A stretch of 63,937 nucleotides of DNA, filler included. It is 8 parts of 8 records of this genome, joined end to end, with 100 filler letters (N's around TTAATTAATTAA, not from the genome) between each part and the next. Parts side by side here need not be neighbours in the genome. Positions count along the whole stretch, not along the records: positions 1 to 11,947 come from SRR31147125_23387; 7 more parts are not named here. One strand, given 5' to 3'. The notes under the pieces are model-generated. The model was not told the DNA's origin. It ran no database searches and was given only the letters and a program-made list of their open reading frames with translations. A program made the translations under genes and the position numbers. Position 1 is the stretch's first letter. Each line of letters starts with the position of its first letter. This document shows positions 1-8,586 of this stretch, one piece after another.

Positions 1-36
1 AAAAAAGGTTCAGGCTGAGTTGCCTGAATCCTTTAA
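1..36 (-). terminator. Hairpin with adjacent A-tract, resembling an intrinsic terminator; paralogous to 3743-3780
   Basis: AAAAAAGGTTCAGGC-TGAGTT-GCCTGAATCCTTT stem-loop; the U-tract is on the minus strand. Confidence 0.55.
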
Positions 37-38
37 AA

Positions 39-67
39 TTGACTTTCATGAAAAAATTTCCTACATT
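39..67 (+). promoter_or_regulatory. sigma70-like promoter of the vapBC operon
   Basis: TTGACT (39-44), 17 nt, TACATT (62-67); palindrome TTTCATGAAA overlaps it and ATCG-N5-CGAT follows it, both possible operators. Confidence 0.5.
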
Positions 68-98
68 GATCTCATCGATATGCGATAAGGAGAATATT

Positions 99-305
99 AT
101 GCAGACAACAATATCAAGCAAATATCAAGTGGTCATCCCCAAACCGGTCAGAGAGCATCTAAACCTCAAGCCAAAGCAAAAGCTGACCGTCATCGAGAAG
201 GACCGCATGCTTATCCTTATTCCCCAGGTTTCTCTTGATGAACTGCGAGGTATCGCCAAAGGTGCCAGGATTGATGATTGCCGGGACAAAAAGGACCGCT
301 TCTGA
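99..305 (+). CDS. vapB: AbrB/MazE/SpoVT-family antitoxin
   Basis: TISSKYQVVIPKPVREHLNLKP swapped-hairpin motif; AAGGAG SD before ATG at 99; TGATG overlap with the toxin gene. Confidence 0.85.
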   Translation: MQTTISSKYQVVIPKPVREHLNLKPKQKLTVIEKDRMLILIPQVSLDELRGIAKGARIDDCRDKKDRF

Positions 306-694
306 TGGTTATTGTTGACTCTTGTGGTTGGCTGGAATGGTTTACGGATGGAGAACTGGCCGACAAGTATAAGAATTATCTTGCAAAACAGGATAAGCTC
401 CTGATACCTGCAATCATTGTCTACGAAGTCTTTAAGGTGCTTAAAAGAGAGGCTGGCGAAGAAAAGGCGTTGCTCGCCACCGGATACATGAAAAACTCTT
501 CGATAATCCCCCTTGATGAAACCCTCGCTATTGCTGCTGCCGATATCGCCCTGGCGGAAAAATTAGCCATGGCCGACGCCATCATTGTGGTTGTATCACG
601 TGCCCATAATTGTAGAATTATTTCTTCGGATGCAGACCTGAAAGGTCAGTCCAATGTGACGTACATTCCGAAAAAAAGCTGCGGACAGAGATAA
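305..694 (+). CDS. vapC: PIN-domain toxin
   Basis: IVDSCGWLE...YEV...MADAII...SSDAD acidic PIN residues; ATG at 305 is coupled to the antitoxin stop. Confidence 0.88.
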   Translation: MVIVDSCGWLEWFTDGELADKYKNYLAKQDKLLIPAIIVYEVFKVLKREAGEEKALLATGYMKNSSIIPLDETLAIAAADIALAEKLAMADAIIVVVSRAHNCRIISSDADLKGQSNVTYIPKKSCGQR

Positions 695-802
695 ACAGCT
701 ATTGGGCAGATAATATTGGTATTATGTACCTGGTTTTATAAATTGCAATCTTTCCATGCCTGACCCTTCGTCCCACTACACTCCGTCCCACACTGATTCG
801 GG

Positions 803-3583
803 CTAACTCTGGTTTTCCCTGTCTTTCAATATTTCGCTAACCGCTATGGCCAGCTCCTTTCGATCGACCGGTTTAAGGAAAAACCGGTTCACACCCAGCT
901 CTTTTTGTAACTCCTCGGTAATCATATCATTATAACCGGTACAAAGGATGGTGGGCAGGTCGGGCCGGAGCTTTTTTAATTCCGCAATCAGCTTTGCCCC
1001 TGTCATTTTCGGCATGGCCATATCGGAGATCACCATATCGAAGCTGTCCGGTTGTTCTTTGATTTTTTTCAAGGCTTCGAGGGGGTTTGTTTCAACCTCA
1101 ACCGTATATCCCAAACGGGTGAGCACCTCGCGGCCAACGCTTGCAAGCGCGATTTCGTCGTCCACCCACAATACTTTTCCGCTGCCCTTCTGCAGGACGG
1201 CATTCTTTTCTTCATGTTTCCCTTCCGTCAGTTCCACCGCCGGGAAAAATATTTCAAAAGTCGTGCAGCCCGGCTTGCTACTCATCCTTATCTTGCCACG
1301 GTGGCGGGTGACAATGCCGTGGACAATGGAAAGTCCGATGCCGGAGCCTTTGCCGGCCTCTTTGGTGGTAAAATAGGGCTCAAAAATCCGACTCATGTGT
1401 GCCGGATCGATTCCAGTTCCTGTGTCGGAAATAGACAGCATGAGATGATCCCCGGGGGGAAGGTCAAGCTCAGGGTCTGAAATCAGGGACGTTCGAGGGC
1501 GGTTTTCCAGGGTGACGCGTATCTCGCCTCCGTCGTTCGTCATGGCGTGGGCCGCATTGGAGCAAAGGTTGATGATGACCTGGTGAATCTGAGTTGCATC
1601 CGCAAGAATATTGAAAGGTTTTTCCGGGAAGCTCTGTTTAAACTCAATGGTGGAGGGGAGTGTCGATTGAAGGAGGCTGATCGCTTCTTTCACCACCGGA
1701 ACGATATTGATGGGGTCGTAGTTTTCTTCAACCCTGCGGCTGAAACTGAGAAGCTGTTGAACCACCCCCTTGGCCCGCAAACTGGCGGTTTTGATTTCTT
1801 TTACAAAAGCCTTGGTCGGATTCTCCTCTGCGAGGTCCTCACAGGCGAGCTCCGCATTGCCGATAATGATGCTGAGAATGTTGTTGAAATCATGAGCGAT
1901 TCCCCCAGAGAGCGTACCAAGAGCTTCCATTTTCTGAACGTGGCGGAGCTGTTCTTCGAGTTTTTTCTGGGCCGAAATATCCAGAAAACTTTCAATAATC
2001 AGGGCTTCCCCGCTGATATTAGCCATTTTACACGCTTTGAGGATGGGAACTCTGGTGCCGTCAACTTTAACTAGGGCACACTCACGTTGCGCGACTCCGA
2101 GGCCAAGACTGGTAATGGGACAGGGAGCATTTCCAGCGGTATCCAGAAACTCCTGGCAGGAGCGTCCGATAATTTTCTCTTCGGGGGCGCCAAGCATATG
2201 GAGGGCGGCCTGGTTGGCGTCTGTGATGGCATGGGTTTCAGGGTTAATAACTAGAATCCCCGGATTCACCGAATCGAGTATGCTCTTGAGACGTTGTTGG
2301 CTCTCCCGAAGGGCTTTGTCCGCCTGGTTGCGTTCTTCGATCATGTGGTTGGCGGACTTGGCAAGCCCTGAGAATTCAGAGAAATTCAGGGAATCTTCGT
2401 TGATTTTGGCCATCTTGGATGAAGCTTCTGCAAAGAAAGCGGTGAACGAATTGAAGTTCCTTTTGATTCTGTCCGCAACGATTTTGTTCAGGATAAGAAC
2501 CAACAGTGCGAGAGTCAGAAGGATCAGGCAGATTTTCAGAACATGCCCTTCGATCCGCTTGCGGAGTTTCTGCTGTTTTGCGGCAAGGACGGTTTCAATT
2601 TCATCGATATAGACTCCTGAGCCGATATACCACTCCCAGTCCTTGATCCCCGTGGCAAAACTGATTTTGCGTCCCCCTCTGTTTCCGTCAAACTCAGGGA
2701 GAACATATTCGACATATCCACCCCCTTTTTGAGCTGCCCGGATGAGCTCCTGAACGATTTTCAGGCCGTTGCTATCGGTAATGTCGTACACATTTTTGCC
2801 TTTATGGGGTCCGGTCAAGGAAGTTCCGTCCCATTGGGCGGCGAACAGATACCCGTCTTTTCCAAAGCGGATTTTTTCGACACGGTCAATCACTTCTTCC
2901 TGAATGTCTTTTTCCACATCGTCCAGGTATTCACCGGTGCCGATGACCCAGCCGAGGGGTTGGATAAGTTTGACAAAGGCGATTTTGGGGAAGAACCCCT
3001 TGGTGTCGGGCTTGGTCCAGGTGTATGTGTAAAATCCCTCCCCCTGTTTCTTGACCAGATTCAGCATGTCCGGGACCACGCGTTCACCCTTGGCTCCGGT
3101 CACCGAATGCATATTTTTGCCTTCCATTTCCGGTCGTACCGGAAAAAGGGTTTCAACTCCCTCCAGGTTGAAGGCAAAGAAATAACCGCGGCCATGGTTG
3201 TAGCGGATTGGACGCAGGGCGTCCTTGACGATTTGTTTGATTTCAGCCAGGGATTTATACTTGTGGTGCTGCTGAAAAAGATTCATGGCGATGGAGTGGG
3301 CCTCATAAACCCTTTCCCTGATCGATTCCTTCAAGCGAAGTTCGGTCTGGGATTTTTTATATTCAATATATTCGAGCGTGCGAAGGACTTCGTTCCTGAT
3401 CAGTTCTTTCTGGTTATTGATGTAATCCTGACGCAATTTTTCCGTCTCGAGTTTGAAAAGCTCAAGGTCCGATGAAATCCAGAAATAACCGGTGGCCAAT
3501 ATGGACAGGCTGCTGATAATCAGCAAGCTCAAGGATACAAATCGGGATATGCTGTTTTTCTTCGGGGATTTAGGTTTCATCAA
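803..3583 (-). CDS. Hybrid sensor histidine kinase (two Cache domains, PAS, HisKA, HATPase, REC)
   Basis: Two TM helices flank Cache-like repeats (GRGYFFAF, GKDGYLFA); GGIAHDFNNIL H-box; FEPYFTTK/GSGIGL; C-terminal receiver with DMAMP. Confidence 0.92.
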   Translation of the reverse strand: MMKPKSPKKNSISRFVSLSLLIISSLSILATGYFWISSDLELFKLETEKLRQDYINNQKELIRNEVLRTLEYIEYKKSQTELRLKESIRERVYEAHSIAMNLFQQHHKYKSLAEIKQIVKDALRPIRYNHGRGYFFAFNLEGVETLFPVRPEMEGKNMHSVTGAKGERVVPDMLNLVKKQGEGFYTYTWTKPDTKGFFPKIAFVKLIQPLGWVIGTGEYLDDVEKDIQEEVIDRVEKIRFGKDGYLFAAQWDGTSLTGPHKGKNVYDITDSNGLKIVQELIRAAQKGGGYVEYVLPEFDGNRGGRKISFATGIKDWEWYIGSGVYIDEIETVLAAKQQKLRKRIEGHVLKICLILLTLALLVLILNKIVADRIKRNFNSFTAFFAEASSKMAKINEDSLNFSEFSGLAKSANHMIEERNQADKALRESQQRLKSILDSVNPGILVINPETHAITDANQAALHMLGAPEEKIIGRSCQEFLDTAGNAPCPITSLGLGVAQRECALVKVDGTRVPILKACKMANISGEALIIESFLDISAQKKLEEQLRHVQKMEALGTLSGGIAHDFNNILSIIIGNAELACEDLAEENPTKAFVKEIKTASLRAKGVVQQLLSFSRRVEENYDPINIVPVVKEAISLLQSTLPSTIEFKQSFPEKPFNILADATQIHQVIINLCSNAAHAMTNDGGEIRVTLENRPRTSLISDPELDLPPGDHLMLSISDTGTGIDPAHMSRIFEPYFTTKEAGKGSGIGLSIVHGIVTRHRGKIRMSSKPGCTTFEIFFPAVELTEGKHEEKNAVLQKGSGKVLWVDDEIALASVGREVLTRLGYTVEVETNPLEALKKIKEQPDSFDMVISDMAMPKMTGAKLIAELKKLRPDLPTILCTGYNDMITEELQKELGVNRFFLKPVDRKELAIAVSEILKDRENQS

Positions 3584-3742
3584 TCGTTTTTACTTCGATG
3601 TGGGGAAAAAGTATTGGGTGTAAAAAGTTAAGCGGTTTTTCAAGACAAAACGTCATGTTATTGTCGGAAGTTGAAGTTTTGCAAATATTGTGCAATTTAA
3701 GATTATGCATAATGGTGGCAACTAAGCAACATGAGAAAGTAT

Positions 3743-3780
3743 AAAAAAAGGGTTCAGACTGGTTTGTCTGAACCCTTTAA
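3743..3780 (-). terminator. Intrinsic terminator downstream of the tRNA-Leu 3' end
   Basis: AAAGGGTTCAGAC-N6-GTCTGAACCCTTT stem with A7 tract, immediately 3' of CCA on the minus strand. Confidence 0.7.
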
Positions 3781-3784
3781 AGTT

Positions 3785-3840
3785 TGGTGCCGAAGGTCGG
3801 AGTCGAACCGACACACTCTAAGAGCAACGGTGTTTGAGTC
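3785..3840 (-). pseudogene. 3' half of tRNA-Leu(CAA), the displaced att site of an integrated element
   Basis: Minus strand reads CTCAAAC-ACCGT, long variable arm, GTCGGTTCGACTCCGAC T-arm, CTTCGGCACCA; the D-arm and 5' acceptor strand are absent. Confidence 0.85.
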
Positions 3841-3955
3841 CTGAAAAGACAAAAACCCACAAAAGATGACAACACAAAAAGGGTATTAATTATAAATAGA
3901 TAGGTGTTTTTGAGTGTTGGGGGTTGTTGCGAATTTTTGCTAAAATTTGTGGCTT

Positions 3956-3975
3956 AGTGTACCACCAGTGTACCA
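3956..3975. repeat. Tandem 9-bp direct repeat, candidate integrase arm-type binding sites
   Basis: AGTGTACCA at 3956-3964 and 3967-3975, about 115 bp inside the att core. Confidence 0.5.
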
Positions 3976-3983
3976 AGGAACTC

Positions 3984-4220
3984 TCAACCAATTTGGTCAA
4001 TAAGTGCCCTGATATCTTCGACTCGCCAAGCTGTAGTTCGAGGCCCAAGTTTAACTGGTTTGGGAAAGCGCCCTGTTTTCACACCATTCCACCAGGTGGA
4101 TCTTGAAACGGGAATTATGGGAGGTGTTGGCGGAATCCCTTTTTCTGGATCACCTTTAGTGCCGATGATCTGAGGAAGCCGAACAAACCCAGTTTCGGGA
4201 AGAGGGTAATATGTTTTCAT
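3984..4220 (-). CDS. AlpA-family transcriptional regulator/excisionase
   Basis: GFVRLPQIIG...PVSRSTWWNGVKTGRFPKPVKLGPRTTAWRVEDI, typical AlpA motif. Confidence 0.9.
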   Translation of the reverse strand: MKTYYPLPETGFVRLPQIIGTKGDPEKGIPPTPPIIPVSRSTWWNGVKTGRFPKPVKLGPRTTAWRVEDIRALIDQIG

Positions 4221-4439
4221 AACAGCATGCTTTTATAAGAAATTTATTGGAGGTTGTAGTTGATTCAGCAAAATTTTGCTTGTATGTCGAAACTTTGGGG
4301 AAAGAAAATAAGTTTCAAGTAGTCTTAAATAATGATATTTCCTAGAATTTCTGCAGTGTGGAATGTGCTAGGAACATGAGAGCGATATTCCGCCTTTTTT
4401 TGCATAGAAGCCCAATGCTAAGGTAATTATTTAAAAAGT

Positions 4440-5869
4440 CTATCTGCCAAGAACTTTTGGAATTTCAGTATTTATGACTATTACTTTTTCTGGGAGTTCA
4501 CCTGCTTCACGCTTTCTTCTGTAAGAATATTCTTCTAATTGCCCTACTGCAAGCCGCAATCTTTGTTGCAAACTTCTCCTATTGACAGTTTTTATTTCGA
4601 AAAGAGCCTCTGGTTTTGATTCAAATTTTACTAGCAAATCAACTGAATCTCTGTCTTCGTAAACTTGAGCTCCTTTATCCTTAAAAAAAACAGCAAGTTC
4701 TTTAACAATGGAATCATGCAAAAGTGTTTTTGCTTTTCTTTTTACATTACCTTGCTGAAAGTTTTGCCATGCTTGTTCAATGTCCGCTTGGTTAAAAGGA
4801 TATTCCTCTGACTTTATAGTGCTCGGTTGACCAGATTCCGGCTTGTTAGAAATTGATGATAAGTTTACAGTTGGTGCGTGCGAATCATAACCATAAAATT
4901 GGGTTTCAAACTCCTCTTCAAATCCAGAAACATAATTTATTTGCTTATATTCTTCTGTGATTTCATTTAATGGCATCATTAACTGCATATCGAACGGTAT
5001 TTCCCCAAAAAATGAGAACCAAGATTCTTTGTCAATTGGATCAAAGGTTTTTGGGAACCAAAACCTTTCTTCCTTCCCTCCGTCCTCACATATTGACTGG
5101 AGATATCTAGTTAAATTAAATGCATGTGGAGATAAAGCCAAACCATTTGCCGTGATGTAGAAGAGATCAGTTTTATCTAAAAATTTGAACCAATCTTGCA
5201 CATTTCGCCTGACATTTTTATTTCTAAGGGATTTTACGGCATCATTTTTTCTATCGTTCATTAATTCCGAATAAGCTAATTCCCAATCGCTATTCCTTTT
5301 CAAAGGAACGAGATGGTTTCCACATTCATCAACGGTGATGTATGCCACACCAGTTTTATTTTCATTTCCAAAAGAAGACGAAGGATAAGGAGCCCTGGTT
5401 TTATAAGGACGCCTTTTGCGCTCATAAGTTCTATTAAATTTGAGGGAACTGAAATATGATTACTTTCTAATTCTTGTTTTAGCCTAGATTGAATTGTTGC
5501 CTTTTGGCCGTTTGGATATTGGTAACGAAGCGCCTGTATTGTCATTAGCTCAGAGAAGCCAATATCGCTTGCTAAAAACATTTCTCCGACTGTTGTTAGC
5601 TTAAGTTTCCGATGCACCAGGGTTGAATATATGAGCCCGGCCTCTGCTAAAATTTGCTGATAGTCCCTCCATGCGTCGACTTCACCATTTCTTATGTTAT
5701 TAGTAAGCAAACCATTTTCAACAATCATTTGATTGATGATTTCCCCTGGCTTTGTCTTCCCTTGAGCAAGTGCGGCGCACGCTAATAAGCCATATAGGGT
5801 TTTAGGTTGAAACCCAATAGCATGTTGGGTGAAATACCAAGAATAGCCTGGAAAAGGTAGGCTGGTCAT
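4440..5869 (-). CDS. Putative restriction endonuclease, about 476 aa, split by one frameshift into ORFs 5300-5869 and 4440-5348
   Basis: N-terminal LRYQYPN motif (AlwI-like recognition region) and C-terminal D-x-EIK...RLAVGQLEEY PD-(D/E)xK domain; restoring one A near 5360 (ATG AAA AAT AAA ACT GGT GTG GCA) joins the frames; lies directly downstream of the MTase. Confidence 0.7.
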
Positions 5870-5870
5870 A

Positions 5871-6923
5871 TCAACTCCGTTTAAGCGCCAAAGAGATACT
5901 ATTTGCTAAAGCACGAGCCAATAATGGAGGTACAGCGTTTCCAACTTGTCGATATTGTGCAGTTGGACCACCGTAAAAAATCCACCAATCAGGAAAAGAT
6001 TGAAGTCGAGCTGCTTCTCTGACAGTTATGTGTCGATGCTCGAATGGATGAATAAACGGCCTTCCGCCGCCATTGCCAGAGCCAACAAGAACAGTGCCCG
6101 ATGGTTTTTCTGGATGAATACGATCAGTGTGATCCACCTTGTCTCGAGAACCAGGAACAATCTTGCTATATCTCGTAGAAACTCTCTCGGAGTGTATCCT
6201 CAAGACGTGATTTGGTAGCCCTTGGACATTTTCCAATGCCATCCAAGAAGGCCTAAATTTTTTTAAACCTAATAGAATATTCTCTTCTTCAGAATATTGG
6301 GGACTTGGCCACTTGAATTCAACTTTGTCACGAAAACCTAATAAAAAAACCCTCTCTCTAAGCTGGGGGGCGCCAAACATTGCAGAATTTATTTTGGTCC
6401 AACGCAAATCAAACCCAGTCTCTTCCTTAAAGTATTCTATTAAATGAGCCCAATCCTCTCCTTTATTCACAGTTAAAATACCTGGTACATTTTCAAATAA
6501 AAATAAAGCTGGGTTAGTTTCACGGATAAAATGCGCATACTCATAAACAAGCTTTCCTCTAGGATCGTTTATTGAACTACGATTTCCTAAAATACTAAAC
6601 GTTTGGCAAGGTGGCCCACCAATAACAACATCAAATGAACCAACCTTGTCTCTTACATAAGCCCCATTAAGGTTGGTCATATCATGAGGTTCAACTAAAT
6701 GGTTAGCTAAGTTTTTTTTGATTGTTTCACAATATGTTTCTTCTAAATCCGTTGAAAAAACAGGTTCAAATCCTGCGAGTGCAAAACCCAAATCTAGCCC
6801 ACCACCTCCTGAGTAAAGTGAAACGTATTTTAAACTATTTGTTTTTTGAGGTAGATTAAGTTTGCTAAGTTCGGCCAAATAATCGTTTTTCATATTCCCA
6901 TTATGTAATTTGAATGCTTCCAT
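5871..6923 (-). CDS. dcm: DNA (cytosine-5)-methyltransferase
   Basis: Motif I LYSGGGGLDLG, IV GGPPCQ, VI ENVPG, VIII PQLRER, IX/X REAARLQSFPD...QVGNAVPP. Confidence 0.95.
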   Translation of the reverse strand: MEAFKLHNGNMKNDYLAELSKLNLPQKTNSLKYVSLYSGGGGLDLGFALAGFEPVFSTDLEETYCETIKKNLANHLVEPHDMTNLNGAYVRDKVGSFDVVIGGPPCQTFSILGNRSSINDPRGKLVYEYAHFIRETNPALFLFENVPGILTVNKGEDWAHLIEYFKEETGFDLRWTKINSAMFGAPQLRERVFLLGFRDKVEFKWPSPQYSEEENILLGLKKFRPSWMALENVQGLPNHVLRIHSERVSTRYSKIVPGSRDKVDHTDRIHPEKPSGTVLVGSGNGGGRPFIHPFEHRHITVREAARLQSFPDWWIFYGGPTAQYRQVGNAVPPLLARALANSISLALKRS

Positions 6924-6941
6924 TTTAATAAATTTTGGTTT

Positions 6942-7346
6942 TTACCCTTCAAGGAAATTTTTTAATTTTTCATATAAGTTATCGCTGTTTATTTCACACT
7001 CCCAAATAACCAGCACTTTCCAACCTTCACTTTCAAGCAAACTGATGTTTTGGATATCATTCTCCTTATTTTTGTACAATTTGGGTTTCCAGTAATCTAA
7101 ATTTGATTTTGGTAAGCGGGCTTTAGCACAATTGTCATGTAAATGCCAAAAACACCCATGAATAAAAATAATTTTTTTTGATTTGCGAAAAGTGAGATCT
7201 GGGTGGCCGGGAAGATCTTTACAGTGTAACCGGTAACGGTACCCCATTGAGTAAACTAAGCGCCGTACCGTCATTTCAGGCTTTGAACTCTTCGACCTGA
7301 TTTTTGACATCCTCTCGCTTCGTTGTTGAGGGGATAAAATATCCAT
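6942..7346 (-). CDS. vsr: Very short patch repair endonuclease
   Basis: MDILSPQQRSERMSKIRSK-SKPE, LPGHPD, FIHGCFWH, VIWECE; probable start is ATG at 7346. Confidence 0.95.
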   Translation of the reverse strand: MDILSPQQRSERMSKIRSKSSKPEMTVRRLVYSMGYRYRLHCKDLPGHPDLTFRKSKKIIFIHGCFWHLHDNCAKARLPKSNLDYWKPKLYKNKENDIQNISLLESEGWKVLVIWECEINSDNLYEKLKNFLEG

Positions 7347-7605
7347 ATTCTTTTTCCCCGTTAAAGTACCTGGGGAGTTGAAAATAAATCTTCCTTTATT
7401 CTCAACCAACATTAACCTTTTTCCCGCTATTTGACAATATCCACTAACGTGTGATTATCCAAATGGGGAAATTACCCCCTAAAAAAGAAACTGGTCTAAA
7501 ATAAGCAAAAAAAGGTAGAAAAGATATCAAGGAAATTTATATTTTTCTTTTTTTGTTACCAAGGATCCTCGGTCTTAATCATTCTATTGAATCAAGGATT
7601 TTGCC

Positions 7606-8508
7606 ATGGAAAACTTCCAAGAATGGGCAAACGGTCGCAACCCATTTTTAGCTGTTTGGTGCCACATTGCTGCAACAAATTTCGGACCGACATATGGCCT
7701 TTTAAAGGTTGTCCAAAACGATAGTATTTTTTCTAAAGAATTCCCCCTTCCTCCTCTAAAAACCTGGTTAAAGCTGTATAGAAGGCATCGGCCGGTCCTT
7801 AATAGTTTTTGGGGCAAATTTATTGACCCTACAGGTTTTTGGAATTTCTCTAGCCAAGATATATGGCAATTAGAATGGAGTCCTGATTTCGATTCAGAAA
7901 AGGAAGTCATCTCAAAGGAAGCCGAACAATATTTTAAGGAAATTTTTAACCAGGATGATGGAGAAAAGCTTCTTGAAAATTATCTGGACGCTTTAGAATT
8001 TAATCCCGACGAAACGGAAAAACAAAAATATGGAGGGTATTTCCTTGAAATTTTTCAATCCCCAGAATTCTTATTTCTTGCCAGAATTTACTACCCATGT
8101 TGGCTCTTGTACAAAGAAACCCCTGCAAGCTTACTCCGGAAAGCCCGTCAAGGAAATATTCAAAGCTTAGAAAACCTATTGCGGCTTGATTCTTCAACTA
8201 TTTTTGACCCAAAAATCTCTCAATTGGTTCATAGGTTTCGCTATGAAAAGAAAAGCCACTTTGAAAAAATAATCTCCTGCCTTTTGAGCCCACCTAAAAC
8301 AAAGATTTCTCGTCAAAAAGTTAAGGCTTTTTGGGCAGGATTTATTTTGATCGTTTCTTTTGCTTTTGGAGAAAGATTAACCGAGCCAGAAATCCGTGGC
8401 TTGTTTGATGCCATTGCCAAAGATGAAAACCGAGGCGAAATTGATACTGACCTTCCAGAAAGCCCTCATGCCTTTTATGTGGCCATAAGACGCGAAATTG
8501 ATTTTTGA
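7606..8508 (+). CDS. Hypothetical protein of the element core (300 aa)
   Basis: Long ORF co-oriented with and just upstream of rep; no recognisable catalytic motif. Confidence 0.7.
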   Translation: MENFQEWANGRNPFLAVWCHIAATNFGPTYGLLKVVQNDSIFSKEFPLPPLKTWLKLYRRHRPVLNSFWGKFIDPTGFWNFSSQDIWQLEWSPDFDSEKEVISKEAEQYFKEIFNQDDGEKLLENYLDALEFNPDETEKQKYGGYFLEIFQSPEFLFLARIYYPCWLLYKETPASLLRKARQGNIQSLENLLRLDSSTIFDPKISQLVHRFRYEKKSHFEKIISCLLSPPKTKISRQKVKAFWAGFILIVSFAFGERLTEPEIRGLFDAIAKDENRGEIDTDLPESPHAFYVAIRREIDF

Positions 8509-8586
8509 AATTCTGCTAGCTAGTCTCACAAAAAATAATTTTCTTTTGTGAGGGTAGGCTGTTCCTACTCATGAGATTCTTCCTGC

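Noticed and set aside
948-3475. Long antisense ORFs over the sensor kinase (and similar shadows over degP, murE, dprA and the ABC genes)
   Set aside because: No motifs, and they fully overlap well-supported genes on the opposite strand.
3785-3870. Intact tRNA-Leu gene
   Set aside because: The 5' acceptor strand, D-arm and 5' anticodon stem are missing; only the 3' half is present.
5340-5370. Programmed frameshift or phase variation of the restriction endonuclease
   Set aside because: The run is short, and the same kind of indel hits essential genes throughout the window, so sequencing error is more parsimonious. It cannot be fully excluded without reads.
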